Assembly: GCA_964057225.1 (NCBI GenBank)
Contig: OZ059894.1
Location: 19,530,001 to 19,594,000 of the forward strand
DNA: 64,000 nt
Direction: 5' to 3'
Origin: Auanema rhodensis
Taxonomy: Eukaryota > Animalia > Nematoda
The translations under genes and the position numbers were made by a program. Below the pieces are notes generated by a model that ran no database searches, was not told the DNA's origin, and saw only the letters and a program-made list of their open reading frames with translations. This document shows, piece after piece, positions 38,101 to 53,100 of the stretch (its first letter is position 1; each line of letters starts with the position of its first letter).

Positions 38101-41100
38101 TCCAAAAACATTTTGACAAAACTTTTTTCGAAAAATTTCAGAATAATTTAGCAAAAAGTAGATGTTTTTAGATTCCATTTTTCAAGGCAAAGACGATGGA
38201 CAATGTTATTCAACGAAAAAATTAATTCTTCAAGGTGAAAATCGAGGATATAAGTGTGAACTTATATCAGTTGAGATCTCGGTGCATTTTTAAGCTAGCG
38301 CAAATCTGATAACACAGAACGACGCAGCTTAAAAATCCGCATCGAATGCACTATACTACATGGAGAAACGCTTAATACAAAAATTAGTTATGATCGTTTG
38401 AAAAATGATGCATTAGTGTATGTTGAGTTTCCATGTACACTCAACATTGCTTCCAAAAACATTTTGACAAAAATTTTTTCGAAAAATTTCGAAATAATTT
38501 AGCAAAAAGTAGATGTTTTTAGATTCCATTTTTCAAGGCAAAGACGATGGACAATGTTATTCAACGAAAAAATTAATTCTTCAGGGTGAAAATCGAGGAT
38601 ATAAGTGTGAACTTATATCAGTTGATATCTCGGTGCATTTTTAAGCTAGCGCAAATCTGATAACACAGAACGACGCAGCTTAAAAATCCGCATCGAATGC
38701 ACTATACTACATTGAGAAACGCTTAATACAAAAATTAGTTATGATCGTTTGAAAAATGATGCATTAGTGTATGTTGAGTTTCCATGTACACTCAACATTG
38801 CTTCCAAAAACATTTTGACAAAAATTTTTTCGAAAAATTTCAGAATAATTTAGCAAAAAGTAGATGTTTTTAGATTTCATTTTTCGAGGCAAAGACGATG
38901 GACAATGTTATTCAACGAAAAAATTAATTCTTCAAGGTGAAAATCGAGGATATAAGTGTGAACTTATATCAGTTGAGATCTCGGTGCATTTTTAAGCTAG
39001 CGCAAATCTGATAACACAGAACGACGCAGCTTAAAAATCCGCATCGAATGCACTATACTACATTGAGAAACGCTTAATACAAAAATTAGTTATGATCGTT
39101 TGAAAAATGATGCATTAGTGTATGTTGAGTTTCCATGTACACTCAACATTGCTTCCAAAAACATTTTGACAAAAATTTTTTCGAAAAATTTCAGAATAAT
39201 TTAGCAAAAAGTAGATGTTTTTAGATTCCATTTTTCAAGGCAAAGACGATGGACAATGTTATTCAACGAAAAAATTAATTCTTCAGGGTGAAAATCGAGG
39301 ATATAAGTGTGAACTTATATCAGTTGAGATCTCGGTGCATTTTTAAGCTAGCGCAAATCTGATAACACAGAACGACGCAGCTTAAAAATCCGCATCGAAT
39401 GCACTATACTACATTGAGAAACGCTTAATACAAAAATTAGTTATGATCGTTTGAAAAATGATGCATTAGTGTATGTTGAGTTTCCATGTACACTCAACAT
39501 TGCTTCCAAAAACATTTTGACAAAAATTTTTTCGAAAAATTTCAGAATAATTTAGCAAAAAGTAGATGTTTTTAGATTCCTTTTTTCAAGGCAAAGACGA
39601 TGGACAATGTTATTCAACGAAAAAATTAATTCTTCAGGGTGAAAATCGAGGATATAAGTGTGAACTTATATCAGTTGATATCTCGGTGCATTTTTAAGCT
39701 AGCGCAAATCTGATAACACAGATCGACGCAGCTTAAAAATCCGCATCGAATGCACTATACTACATTGAGAAACGCTTAATACAAAAATTAGTTATGATCG
39801 TTTGAAAAATGATGCGTTAGTGTATGTTGAGTTTCCATGTACACTCAACATTGCTTCCAAAAACATTTTGACAAAAATTTTTTCGAAAAATTTCAAAATA
39901 ATTTAGCAAAAAGTAGATGTTTTTAGATTCCATTTTTTAAAGCAAAGACGATGGACAATGTTATTCAACGAAAAAATTAATTCTTCAGGGTGAAAATCGA
40001 GGATATAAGTGTGAACTTATATCAGTTGATATCTCGGTGCATTTTTAAGCTAGCGCAAATCTGATAACACAGATCGACGCAGCTTAAAAATCCGCATCGA
40101 ATGCACTATACTACATTGAGAAACGCTTAATACAAAAATTAGTTATGATCGTTTGAAATATGATGCATTAGTGTATGTTGAGTTTCCATGTACACTCAAC
40201 ATTGCTTCCAAAAACATTTTGACAAAAATTTTTTCGAAAAATTTCGAAATAATTTAGCAAAAAGTAGATGTTTTTAGATTCCATTTTTCAAGGCAAAGAC
40301 GATGGACAATGTTATTCAACGAAAAAATTAATTCTTCAGGGTGAAAATCGAGGATATAAGTGTGAACTTATATCAGTTGATATCTCGGTGCATTTTTAAG
40401 CTAGCGCAAATCTGATAACACAGAACGACGCAGCTTAAAAATCCGCATCGAATGCACTATACTACATTGAGAAACGCTTAATACAAAAATTAGTTATGAT
40501 CGTTTGAAAAATGATGCATTAGTGTATGTTGAGTTTCCATGTACACTCAACATTGCTTCCAAAAACATTTTGACAAAACTTTTTTCGAAAAATTTCAGAA
40601 TAATTTAGCAAAAAGTAGATGTTTTTAGATTCCATTTTTCAAGGCAAAGACGATGGACAATGTTATTCAACGAAAAAATTAATTCTTCAAGGTGAAAATC
40701 GAGGATATAAGTGTGAACTTATATCAGTTGAGATCTCGGTGCATTTTTAAGCTAGCGCAAATCTGATAACACAGAACGACGCAGCTTAAAAATCCGCATC
40801 GAATGCACTATACTACATGGAGAAACGCTTAATACAAAAATTAGTTATGATCGTTTGAAAAATGATGCATTAGTGTATGTTGAGTTTCCATGTACACTCA
40901 ACATTGCTTCCAAAAACATTTTGACAAAAATTTTTTCGAAAAATTTCGAAATAATTTAGCAAAAAGTAGATGTTTTTAGATTCCATTTTTCAAGGCAAAG
41001 ACGATGGACAATGTTATTCAACGAAAAAATTAATTCTTCAGGGTGAAAATCGAGGATATAAGTGTGAACTTATATCAGTTGATATCTCGGTGCATTTTTA

Positions 41101-44100
41101 AGCTAGCGCAAATCTGATAACACAGAACGACGCAGCTTAAAAATCCGCATCGAATGCACTATACTACATTGAGAAACGCTTAATACAAAAATTAGTTATG
41201 ATCGTTTGAAAAATGATGCATTAGTGTATGTTGAGTTTCCATGTACACTCAACATTGCTTCCAAAAACATTTTGACAAAAATTTTTTCGAAAAATTTCAG
41301 AATAATTTAGCAAAAAGTAGATGTTTTTAGATTTCATTTTTCGAGGCAAAGACGATGGACAATGTTATTCAACGAAAAAATTAATTCTTCAAGGTGAAAA
41401 TCGAGGATATAAGTGTGAACTTATATCAGTTGAGATCTCGGTGCATTTTTAAGCTAGCGCAAATCTGATAACACAGAACGACGCAGCTTAAAAATCCGCA
41501 TCGAATGCACTATACTACATTGAGAAACGCTTAATACAAAAATTAGTTATGATCGTTTGAAAAATGATGCATTAGTGTATGTTGAGTTTCCATGTACACT
41601 CAACATTGCTTCCAAAAACATTTTGACAAAAATTTTTTCGAAAAATTTCAGAATAATTTAGCAAAAAGTAGATGTTTTTAGATTCCATTTTTCAAGGCAA
41701 AGACGATGGACAATGTTATTCAACGAAAAAATTAATTCTTCAGGGTGAAAATCGAGGATATAAGTGTGAACTTATATCAGTTGAGATCTCGGTGCATTTT
41801 TAAGCTAGCGCAAATCTGATAACACAGAACGACGCAGCTTAAAAATCCGCATCGAATGCACTATACTACATTGAGAAACGCTTAATACAAAAATTAGTTA
41901 TGATCGTTTGAAAAATGATGCATTAGTGTATGTTGAGTTTCCATGTACACTCAACATTGCTTCCAAAAACATTTTGACAAAAATTTTTTCGAAAAATTTC
42001 AGAATAATTTAGCAAAAAGTAGATGTTTTTAGATTCCTTTTTTCAAGGCAAAGACGATGGACAATGTTATTCAACGAAAAAATTAATTCTTCAGGGTGAA
42101 AATCGAGGATATAAGTGTGAACTTATATCAGTTGATATCTCGGTGCATTTTTAAGCTAGCGCAAATCTGATAACACAGATCGACGCAGCTTAAAAATCCG
42201 CATCGAATGCACTATACTACATTGAGAAACGCTTAATACAAAAATTAGTTATGATCGTTTGAAAAATGATGCGTTAGTGTATGTTGAGTTTCCATGTACA
42301 CTCAACATTGCTTCCAAAAACATTTTGACAAAAATTTTTTCGAAAAATTTCAAAATAATTTAGCAAAAAGTAGATGTTTTTAGATTCCATTTTTTAAAGC
42401 AAAGACGATGGACAATGTTATTCAACGAAAAAATTAATTCTTCAGGGTGAAAATCGAGGATATAAGTGTGAACTTATATCAGTTGATATCTCGGTGCATT
42501 TTTAAGCTAGCGCAAATCTGATAACACAGAACGACGCAGCTTAAAAATCCGCATCGAATGCACTATACTACATTGAGAAACGCTTAATACAAAAATTAGT
42601 TATGATCGTTTGAAAAATGATGCGTTAGTGTATGTTGAGTTTCCATGTACACTCAACATTGCTTCCAAAAACATTTTGACAAAAATTTTTTCGAAAAATT
42701 TCAAAATAATTTAGCAAAAAGTAGATGTTTTTAGATTCCATTTTTTAAAGCAAAGACGATGGACAATGTTATTCAACGAAAAAATTAATTCTTCAGGGTG
42801 AAAATCGAGGATATAAGTGTGAACTTATATCAGTTGATATCTCGGTGCATTTTTAAGCTAGCGCAAATCTGATAACACAGAACGACGCAGCTTAAAAATC
42901 CGCATCGAATGCACTATACTACATTGAGAAACGCTTAATACAAAAATTAGTTATGATCGTTTGAAAAATGATGCATTAGTGTATGTTGAGTTTCCATGTA
43001 CACTCAACATTGCTTCCAAAAACATTTTGACAAAAATTTTTTCGAAAAATTTCAGAATAATTTAGCAAAAAGTAGATGTTTTTAGATTCCATTTTTCAAG
43101 GCAAAGACGATGGACAATGTTATTCAACGAAAAAATTAATTCTTCAGGGTGAAAATCGAGGATATAAGTGTGAACTTATATCAGTTGAGATCTCGGTGCA
43201 TTTTTAAGCTAGCGCAAATCTGATAACACAGAACGACGCAGCTTAAAAATCCGCATCGAATGCACTATACTACATTGAGAAACGCTTAATACAAAAATTA
43301 GTTATGATCGTTTGAAAAATGATGCATTAGTGTATGTTGAGTTTCCATGTACACTCAACATTGCTTCCAAAAACATTTTGACAAAAATTTTTTCGAAAAA
43401 TTTCAGAATAATTTAGCAAAAAGTAGATGTTTTTAGATTCCTTTTTTCAAGGCAAAGACGATGGACAATGTTATTCAACGAAAAAATTAATTCTTCAGGG
43501 TGAAAATCGAGGATATAAGTGTGAACTTATATCAGTTGATATCTCGGTGCATTTTCAAGCTAGCGCAAATCTGATAACACAGATCGACGCAGCTTAAAAA
43601 TCCGCATCGAATGCACTATACTACATTGAGAAACGCTTAATACAAAAATTAGTTATGATCGTTTGAAAAATGATGCGTTAGTGTATGTTGAGTTTCCATG
43701 TACACTCAACATTGCTTCCAAAAACATTTTGACAAAAATTTTTTCGAAAAATTTCAAAATAATTTAGCAAAAAGTAGATGTTTTTAAATTCCATTTTTTA
43801 AAGCAAAGACGATGGACAATGTTATTCAACGAAAAAATTAATTCTTCAGGGTGAAAATCGAGGATATAAGTGTGAACTTATATCAGTTGATATCTCGGTG
43901 CATTTTTAAGCTAGCGCAAATCTGATAACACAGAACGACGCAGCTTAAAAATCCGCATCGAATGCACTATACTACATTGAGAAACGCTTAATACAAAAAT
44001 TAGTTATGATCGTTTGAAAAATGATGCATTAGTGTATGTTGAGTTTCCATGTACACTCAACATTGCTTCCAAAAACATTTTGACAAAAATTTTTTCGAAA

Positions 44101-47100
44101 AATTTCAAAATAATTTAGCAAAAAGTAGATGTTTTTAGATTCCTTTTTTCAAGGCAAAGACGATGGACAATGTTATTCAACGAAAAAATTAATTCTTCAG
44201 GGTGAAAATCGAGGATATAAGTGTGAACTTATATCAGTTGATATCTCGGTGCATTTTTAAGCTAGCGCAAATCTGATAACACAGAACGACGCAGCTTAAA
44301 AATCCGCATCGAATGCACTATACTACATTGAGAAACGCTTAATACAAAAATTAGTTATGATCGTTTGAAAAATGATGCATTAGTGTATGTTGAGTTTCCA
44401 TGTACACTCAACATTGCTTCCAAAAACATTTTGACAAAAATTTTTTCGAAAAATTTCAGAATAATTTAGCAAAAAGTAGATGTTTTTAGATTCCATTTTT
44501 CAAGGCAAAGACGATGGACAATGTTATTCAACGAAAAAATTAATTCTTCAGGGTGAAAATCGAGGATATAAGTGTGAACTTATATCAGTTGATATCTCGG
44601 TGCATTTTTAAGCTAGCGCAAATCTGATAACACAGAACGACGCAGCTTAAAAATCCGCATCGAATGCACTATACTACATTGAGAAACGCTTAATACAAAA
44701 ATTAGTTATGATCGTTTGAAAAATGATGCATTAGTGTATGTTGAGTTTCCATGTACACTCAACATTGCTTCCAAAAACATTTTGACAAAAATTTTTTCGA
44801 AAAATTTCAGAATAATTTAGCAAAAAGTAGATGTTTTTAGATTCCATTTTTCAAGGCAAAGACGATGGACAATGTTATTCAACGAAAAAATTAATTCTTC
44901 AGGGTGAAAATCGAGGATATAAGTGTGAACTTATATCAGTTGAGATCTCGGTGCATTTTTAAGCTAGCGCAAATCTGATAACACAGAACGACGCAGCTTA
45001 AAAATTCGCATCGAATGCACTATACTACATTGAGAAACGCTTAATACAAAAATTAGTTATGATCGTTTGAAAAATGATGCATTAGTGTATGTTGAGTTTC
45101 CATGTACACTCAACATTGCTTCCAAAAACATTTTGACAAAAATTTTTTCGAAAAATTTCAGAATAATTTAGCAAAAAGTAGATGTTTTTAGATTCCATTT
45201 TTCAAGGCAAAGACGATGGACAATGTTATTCAACGAAAAAATTAATTCTTCAGGGTGAAAATCGAGGATATAAGTGTGAACTTATATCAGTTGAGATCTC
45301 GGTGCATTTTTAAGCTAGCGCAAATCTGATAACACAGAACGACGCAGCTTAAAAATCCGCATCGAATGCACTATACTACATTGAGAAACGCTTAATACAA
45401 AAATTAGTTATGATCGTTTGAAAAATGATGCATTAGTGTATGTTGAGTTTCCATGTACACTCAACATTGCTTCCAAAAACATTTTGACAAAAATTTTTTC
45501 GAAAAATTTCAGAATAATTTAGCAAAAAGTAGATGTTTTTAGATTCCATTTTTCAAGGCAAAGACGATGGACAATGTTATTCAACGAAAAAATTAATTCT
45601 TCAGGGTGAAAATCGAGGATATAAGTGTGAACTTATATCAGTTGAGATCTCGGTGCATTTTTAAGCTAGCGCAAATCTGATAACACAGAACGACGCAGCT
45701 TAAAAATCCGCATCGAATGCACTATACTACATTGAGAAACGCTTAATACAAAAATTAGTTATGATCGTTTGAAAAATGATGCATTAGTGTATGTTGAGTT
45801 TCCATGTACACTCAACATTGCTTCCAAAAACATTTTGACAAAAATTTTTTCGAAAAATTTCAGAATAATTTAGCAAAAAGTAGATGTTTTTAGATTCCAT
45901 TTTTCAAGGCAAAGACGATGGACAATGTTATTCAACGAAAAAATTAATTCTTCAGGGTGAAAATCGAGGATATAAGTGTGAACTTATATCAGTTGAGATC
46001 TCGGTGCATTTTTAAGCTAGCGCAAATCTGATAACACAGAACGACGCAGCTTAAAAATCCGCATCGAATGCACTATACTACATTGAGAAACGCTTAATAC
46101 AAAAATTAGTTATGATCGTTTGAAAAATGATGCATTAGTGTATGTTGAGTTTCCATGTACACTCAACATTGCTTCCAAAAACATTTTGACAAAAATTTTT
46201 TCGAAAAATTTCAGAATAATTTAGCAAAAAGTAGATGTTTTTAGATTCCTTTTTTCAAGGCAAAGACGATGGACAATGTTATTCAACGAAAAAATTAATT
46301 CTTCAGGGTGAAAATCGAGGATATAAGTGTGAACTTATATCAGTTGATATCTCGGTGCATTTTTAAGCTAGCGCAAATCTGATAACACAGATCGACGCAG
46401 CTTAAAAATCCGCATCGAATGCACTATACTACATTGAGAAACGCTTAATACAAAAATTAGTTATGATCGTTTGAAAAATGATGCGTTAGTGTATGTTGAG
46501 TTTCCATGTACACTCAACATTGCTTCCAAAAACATTTTGACAAAAATTTTTTCGAAAAATTTCAAAATAATTTAGCAAAAAGTAGATGTTTTTAGATTCC
46601 ATTTTTTAAAGCAAAGACGATGGACAATGTTATTCAACGAAAAAATTAATTCTTCAGGGTGAAAATCGAGGATATAAGTGTGAACTTATATCAGTTGATA
46701 TCTCGGTGCATTTTTAAGCTAGCGCAAATCTGATAACACAGAACGACGCAGCTTAAAAATCCGCATCGAATGCACTATACTACATTGAGAAACGCTTAAT
46801 ACAAAAATTAGTTATGATCGTTTGAAAAATGATGCATTAGTGTATGTTGAGTTTCCATGTACACTCAACATTGCTTCCAAAAACATTTTGACAAAAATTT
46901 TTTCGAAAAATTTCAAAATAATTTAGCAAAAAGTAGATGTTTTTAGATTCCTTTTTTCAAGGCAAAGACGATGGACAATGTTATTCAACGAAAAAATTAA
47001 TTCTTCAGGGTGAAAATCGAGGATATAAGTGTGAACTTATATCAGTTGATATCTCGGTGCATTTTTAAGCTAGCGCAAATCTGATAACACAGATCGACGC

Positions 47101-50100
47101 AGCTTAAAAATCCGCATCGAATGCACTATACTACATTGAGAAACGCTTAATACAAAAATTAGTTATGATCGTTTGAAAAATGATGCATTAGTGTATGTTG
47201 AGTTTCCATGTACACTCAACATTGCTTCCAAAAACATTTTGACAAAAATTTTTTCGAAAAATTTCGAAATAATTTAGCAAAAAGTAGATGTTTTTAGATT
47301 CCATTTTTCAAGGCAAAGACGATGGACAATGTTATTCAACGAAAAAATTAATTCTTCAGGGTGAAAATCGAGGATATAAGTGTGAACTTATATCAGTTGA
47401 TATCTCGGTGCATTTTTAAGCTAGCGCAAATCTGATAACACAGAACGACGCAGCTTAAAAATCCGCATCGAATGCACTATACTACATTGAGAAACGCTTA
47501 ATACAAAAATTAGTTATGATCGTTTGAAAAATGATGCATTAGTGTATGTTGAGTTTCCATGTACACTCAACATTGCTTCCAAAAACATTTTGACAAAAAA
47601 TTTTTCGAAAAATTTCAAAATAATTTAGCAAAAAGTAGATGTTTTTAGATTCCTTTTTTCAAGGCAAAGACGATGGACAATGTTATTCAACGAAAAAATT
47701 AATTCTTCAGGGTGAAAATCGAGGATATAAGTGTGAACTTATATCAGTTGATATCTCGGTGCATTTTTAAGCTAGCGCAAATCTGATAACACAGAACGAC
47801 GCAGCTTAAAAATTCGCATCGAATGCACTATACTACATTGAAAAACGCTTAATACAAAAATTAGTTATGATCGTTTGAAAAATGATGCATTAGTGTATGT
47901 TGAGTTTCCATGTACACTCAACATTCCTTCCAAAAACATTTTGACAAAAATTTTTTCGAAAAATTTCGAAATAATTTAGCAAAAAGTAGATGTTTTTAGA
48001 TTCCTTTTTTCAAGGCAAAGACGATGGACAATGTTATTCAACGAAAAAATTAATTCTTCAGGGTGAAAATCGAGGATATAAGTGTGAACTTATATCAGTT
48101 GATATCTCGGTGCATTTTTAAGCTAGCGCAAATCTGATAACACAGAACGACGCAGCTTAAAAATTCGCATCGAATGCACTATACTACATTGAAAAACGCT
48201 TAATACAAAAATTAGTTATGATCGTTTGAAAAATGATGCATTAGTGTATGTTGAGTTTCCATGTACACTCAACATTGCTTCCAAAAACATTTTGACAAAA
48301 ATATTTTCGAAAAATTTCAGAATAATTTAGCAAAAAGTAGATGTTTTTAGATTCCATTTTTCAAGGCAAAGACGATGGACGATGTTATTCAACGAAAAAA
48401 TTAATTCTTCAGGGTGAAAATCGAGGATATAAGTGTGAACTTATATCAGTTGATATCTCGGTGCATTTTTAAGCTAGCGCAAATCTGATAACACAGAACG
48501 ACGCAGCTTAACAATCCGCATCGAATGCACTATACTACATTGAGAAACGCTTAATACAAAAATTAGTTATGATCGTTTGAAAAATGATGCATTAGTGTAT
48601 GTTGAGTTTCCATGTACACTCAACATTGCTTCCAAAAACATTTTGACAAAAATTTTTTCGAAAAATTTCAAAATAATTTAGCAAAAAGTAGATGTTTTTA
48701 GATTCCTTTTTTCAAGGCAAAGACGATGGACAATGTTATTCAACGAAAAAATTAATTCTTCAGGGTGAAAATCGAGGATATAAGTGTGAACTTATATCAG
48801 TTGATATCTCGGTGCATTTTTAAGCTAGCGCAAATCTGATAACACAGAACGACGCAGCTTAAAAATTTGCATCGAATGCACTATACTACATTGAAAAACG
48901 CTTAATACAAAAATTAGTTATGATCGTTTGAAAAATGATGCATTAGTGTATGTTGAGTTTCCATGTACACTCAACATTGCTTCCAAAAACATTTTGACAA
49001 AAATTTTTTCGAAAAATTTCGAAATAATTTAGCAAAAAGTAGATGTTTTTAGATTCCATTTTTCAAGGCAAAGACGATGGACAATGTTATTCAACGAAAA
49101 AATTAATTCTTCAGGGTGAAAATCGAGGATATAAGTGTGAACTTATATCAGTTGATATCTCGGTGCATTTTTAAGCTAGCGCAAATCTGATAACACAGAA
49201 CGACGCAGCTTAAAAATCCGCATCGAATGCACTATACTACATTGAGAAACGCTTAATACAAAAATTAGTTATGATCGTTTGAAAAATGATGCATTAGTGT
49301 ATGTTGAGTTTCCATGTACACTCAACATTGCTTCCAAAAACATTTTGACAAAAATTTTTTCGAAAAATTTCAGAATAATTTAGCAAAAAGTAGATGTTTT
49401 TAGATTCCATTTTTCAAGGCAAAGACGATGGACAATGTTATTCAACGAAAAAATTAATTCTTCAGGGTGAAAATCGAGGATATAAGTGTGAACTTATATC
49501 AGTTGAGATCTCGGTGCATTTTTAAGCTAGCGCAAATCTGATAACACAGAACGACGCAGCTTAAAAATTCGCATCGAATGCACTATACTACATTGAGAAA
49601 CGCTTAATACAAAAATTAGTTATGATCGTTTGAAAAATGATGCATTAGTGTATGTTGAGTTTCCATGTACACTCAACATTGCTTCCAAAAACATTTTGAC
49701 AAAAATTTTTTCGAAAAATTTCAGAATAATTTAGCAAAAAGTAGATGTTTTTAGATTCCATTTTTCAAGGCAAAGACGATGGACAATGTTATTCAACGAA
49801 AAAATTAATTCTTCAGGGTGAAAATCGAGGATATAAGTGTGAACTTATATCAGTTGAGATCTCGGTGCATTTTTAAGCTAGCGCAAATCTGATAACACAG
49901 AACGACGCAGCTTAAAAATCCGCATCGAATGCACTATACTACATTGAGAAACGCTTAATACAAAAATTAGTTATGATCGTTTGAAAAATGATGCATTAGT
50001 GTATGTTGAGTTTCCATGTACACTCAACATTGCTTCCAAAAACATTTTGACAAAAATTTTTTCGAAAAATTTCAGAATAATTTAGCAAAAAGTAGATGTT

Positions 50101-53100
50101 TTTAGATTCCATTTTTCAAGGCAAAGACGATGGACAATGTTATTCAACGAAAAAATTAATTCTTCAGGGTGAAAATCGAGGATATAAGTGTGAACTTATA
50201 TCAGTTGAGATCTCGGTGCATTTTTAAGCTAGCGCAAATCTGATAACACAGAACGACGCAGCTTAAAAATCCGCATCGAATGCACTATACTACATTGAGA
50301 AACGCTTAATACAAAAATTAGTTATGATCGTTTGAAAAATGATGCATTAGTGTATGTTGAGTTTCCATGTACACTCAACATTGCTTCCAAAAACATTTTG
50401 ACAAAAATTTTTTCGAAAAATTTCAGAATAATTTAGCAAAAAGTAGATGTTTTTAGATTCCTTTTTTCAAGGCAAAGACGATGGACAATGTTATTCAACG
50501 AAAAAATTAATTCTTCAGGGTGAAAATCGAGGATATAAGTGTGAACTTATATCAGTTGATATCTCGGTGCATTTTTAAGCTAGCGCAAATCTGATAACAC
50601 AGATCGACGCAGCTTAAAAATCCGCATCGAATGCACTATACTACATTGAGAAACGCTTAATACAAAAATTAGTTATGATCGTTTGAAAAATGATGCGTTA
50701 GTGTATGTTGAGTTTCCATGTACACTCAACATTGCTTCCAAAAACATTTTGACAAAAATTTTTTCGAAAAATTTCAAAATAATTTAGCAAAAAGTAGATG
50801 TTTTTAGATTCCATTTTTTAAAGCAAAGACGATGGACAATGTTATTCAACGAAAAAATTAATTCTTCAGGGTGAAAATCGAGGATATAAGTGTGAACTTA
50901 TATCAGTTGATATCTCGGTGCATTTTTAAGCTAGCGCAAATCTGATAACACAGAACGACGCAGCTTAAAAATCCGCATCGAATGCACTATACTACATTGA
51001 GAAACGCTTAATACAAAAATTAGTTATGATCGTTTGAAAAATGATGCATTAGTGTATGTTGAGTTTCCATGTACACTCAACATTGCTTCCAAAAACATTT
51101 TGACAAAAATTTTTTCGAAAAATTTCAAAATAATTTAGCAAAAAGTAGATGTTTTTAGATTCCTTTTTTCAAGGCAAAGACGATGGACAATGTTATTCAA
51201 CGAAAAAATTAATTCTTCAGGGTGAAAATCGAGGATATAAGTGTGAACTTATATCAGTTGATATCTCGGTGCATTTTTAAGCTAGCGCAAATCTGATAAC
51301 ACAGATCGACGCAGCTTAAAAATCCGCATCGAATGCACTATACTACATTGAGAAACGCTTAATACAAAAATTAGTTATGATCGTTTGAAAAATGATGCAT
51401 TAGTGTATGTTGAGTTTCCATGTACACTCAACATTGCTTCCAAAAACATTTTGACAAAAATTTTTTCGAAAAATTTCGAAATAATTTAGCAAAAAGTAAA
51501 TGTTTTTAGATTCCATTTTTCAAGGCAAAGACGATGGACAATGTTATTCAACGAAAAAATTAATTCTTCAGGGTGAAAATCGAGGATATAAGTGTGAACT
51601 TATATCAGTTGATATCTCGGTGCATTTTTAAGCTAGCGCAAATCTGATAACACAGAACGACGCAGCTTAAAAATCCGCATCGAATGCACTATACTACATT
51701 GAGAAACGCTTAATACAAAAATTAGTTATGATCGTTTGAAAAATGATGCATTAGTGTATGTTGAGTTTCCATGTACACTCAACATTGCTTCCAAAAACAT
51801 TTTGACAAAAAATTTTTCGAAAAATTTCAAAATAATTTAGCAAAAAGTAGATGTTTTTAGATTCCTTTTTTCAAGGCAAAGACGATGGACAATGTTATTC
51901 AACGAAAAAATTAATTCTTCAGGGTGAAAATCGAGGATATAAGTGTGAACTTATATCAGTTGATATCTCGGTGCATTTTTAAGCTAGCGCAAATCTGATA
52001 ACACAGAACGACGCAGCTTAAAAATTCGCATCGAATGCACTATACTACATTGAAAAACGCTTAATACAAAAATTAGTTATGATCGTTTGAAAAATGATGC
52101 ATTAGTGTATGTTGAGTTTCCATGTACACTCAACATTCCTTCCAAAAACATTTTGACAAAAATTTTTTCGAAAAATTTCGAAATAATTTAGCAAAAAGTA
52201 GATGTTTTTAGATTCCTTTTTTCAAGGCAAAGACGATGGACAATGTTATTCAACGAAAAAATTAATTCTTCAGGGTGAAAATCGAGGATATAAGTGTGAA
52301 CTTATATCAGTTGATATCTCGGTGCATTTTTAAGCTAGCGCAAATCTGATAACACAGAACGACGCAGCTTAAAAATTCGCATCGAATGCACTATACTACA
52401 TTGAAAAACGCTTAATACAAAAATTAGTTATGATCGTTTGAAAAATGATGCATTAGTGTATGTTGAGTTTCCATGTACACTCAACATTGCTTCCAAAAAC
52501 ATTTTGACAAAAATATTTTCGAAAAATTTCAGAATAATTTAGCAAAAAGTAGATGTTTTTAGATTCCATTTTTCAAGGCAAAGACGATGGACAATGTTAT
52601 TCAACGAAAAAATTAATTCTTCAGGGTGAAAATCGAGGATATAAGTGTGAACTTATATCAGTTGATATCTCGGTGCATTTTTAAGCTAGCGCAAATCTGA
52701 TAACACAGAACGACGCAGCTTAACAATCCGCATCGAATGCACTATACTACATTGAGAAACGCTTAATACAAAAATTAGTTATGATCGTTTGAAAAATGAT
52801 GCATTAGTGTATGTTGAGTTTCCATGTACACTCAACATTGCTTCCAAAAACATTTTGACAAAAATTTTTTCGAAAAATTTCAAAATAATTTAGCAAAAAG
52901 TAGATGTTTTTAGATTCCTTTTTTCAAGGCAAAGACGATGGACAATGTTATTCAACGAAAAAATTAATTCTTCAGGGTGAAAATCGAGGATATAAGTGTG
53001 AACTTATATCAGTTGATATCTCGGTGCATTTTTAAGCTAGCGCAAATCTGATAACACAGAACGACGCAGCTTAAAAATTTGCATCGAATGCACTATACTA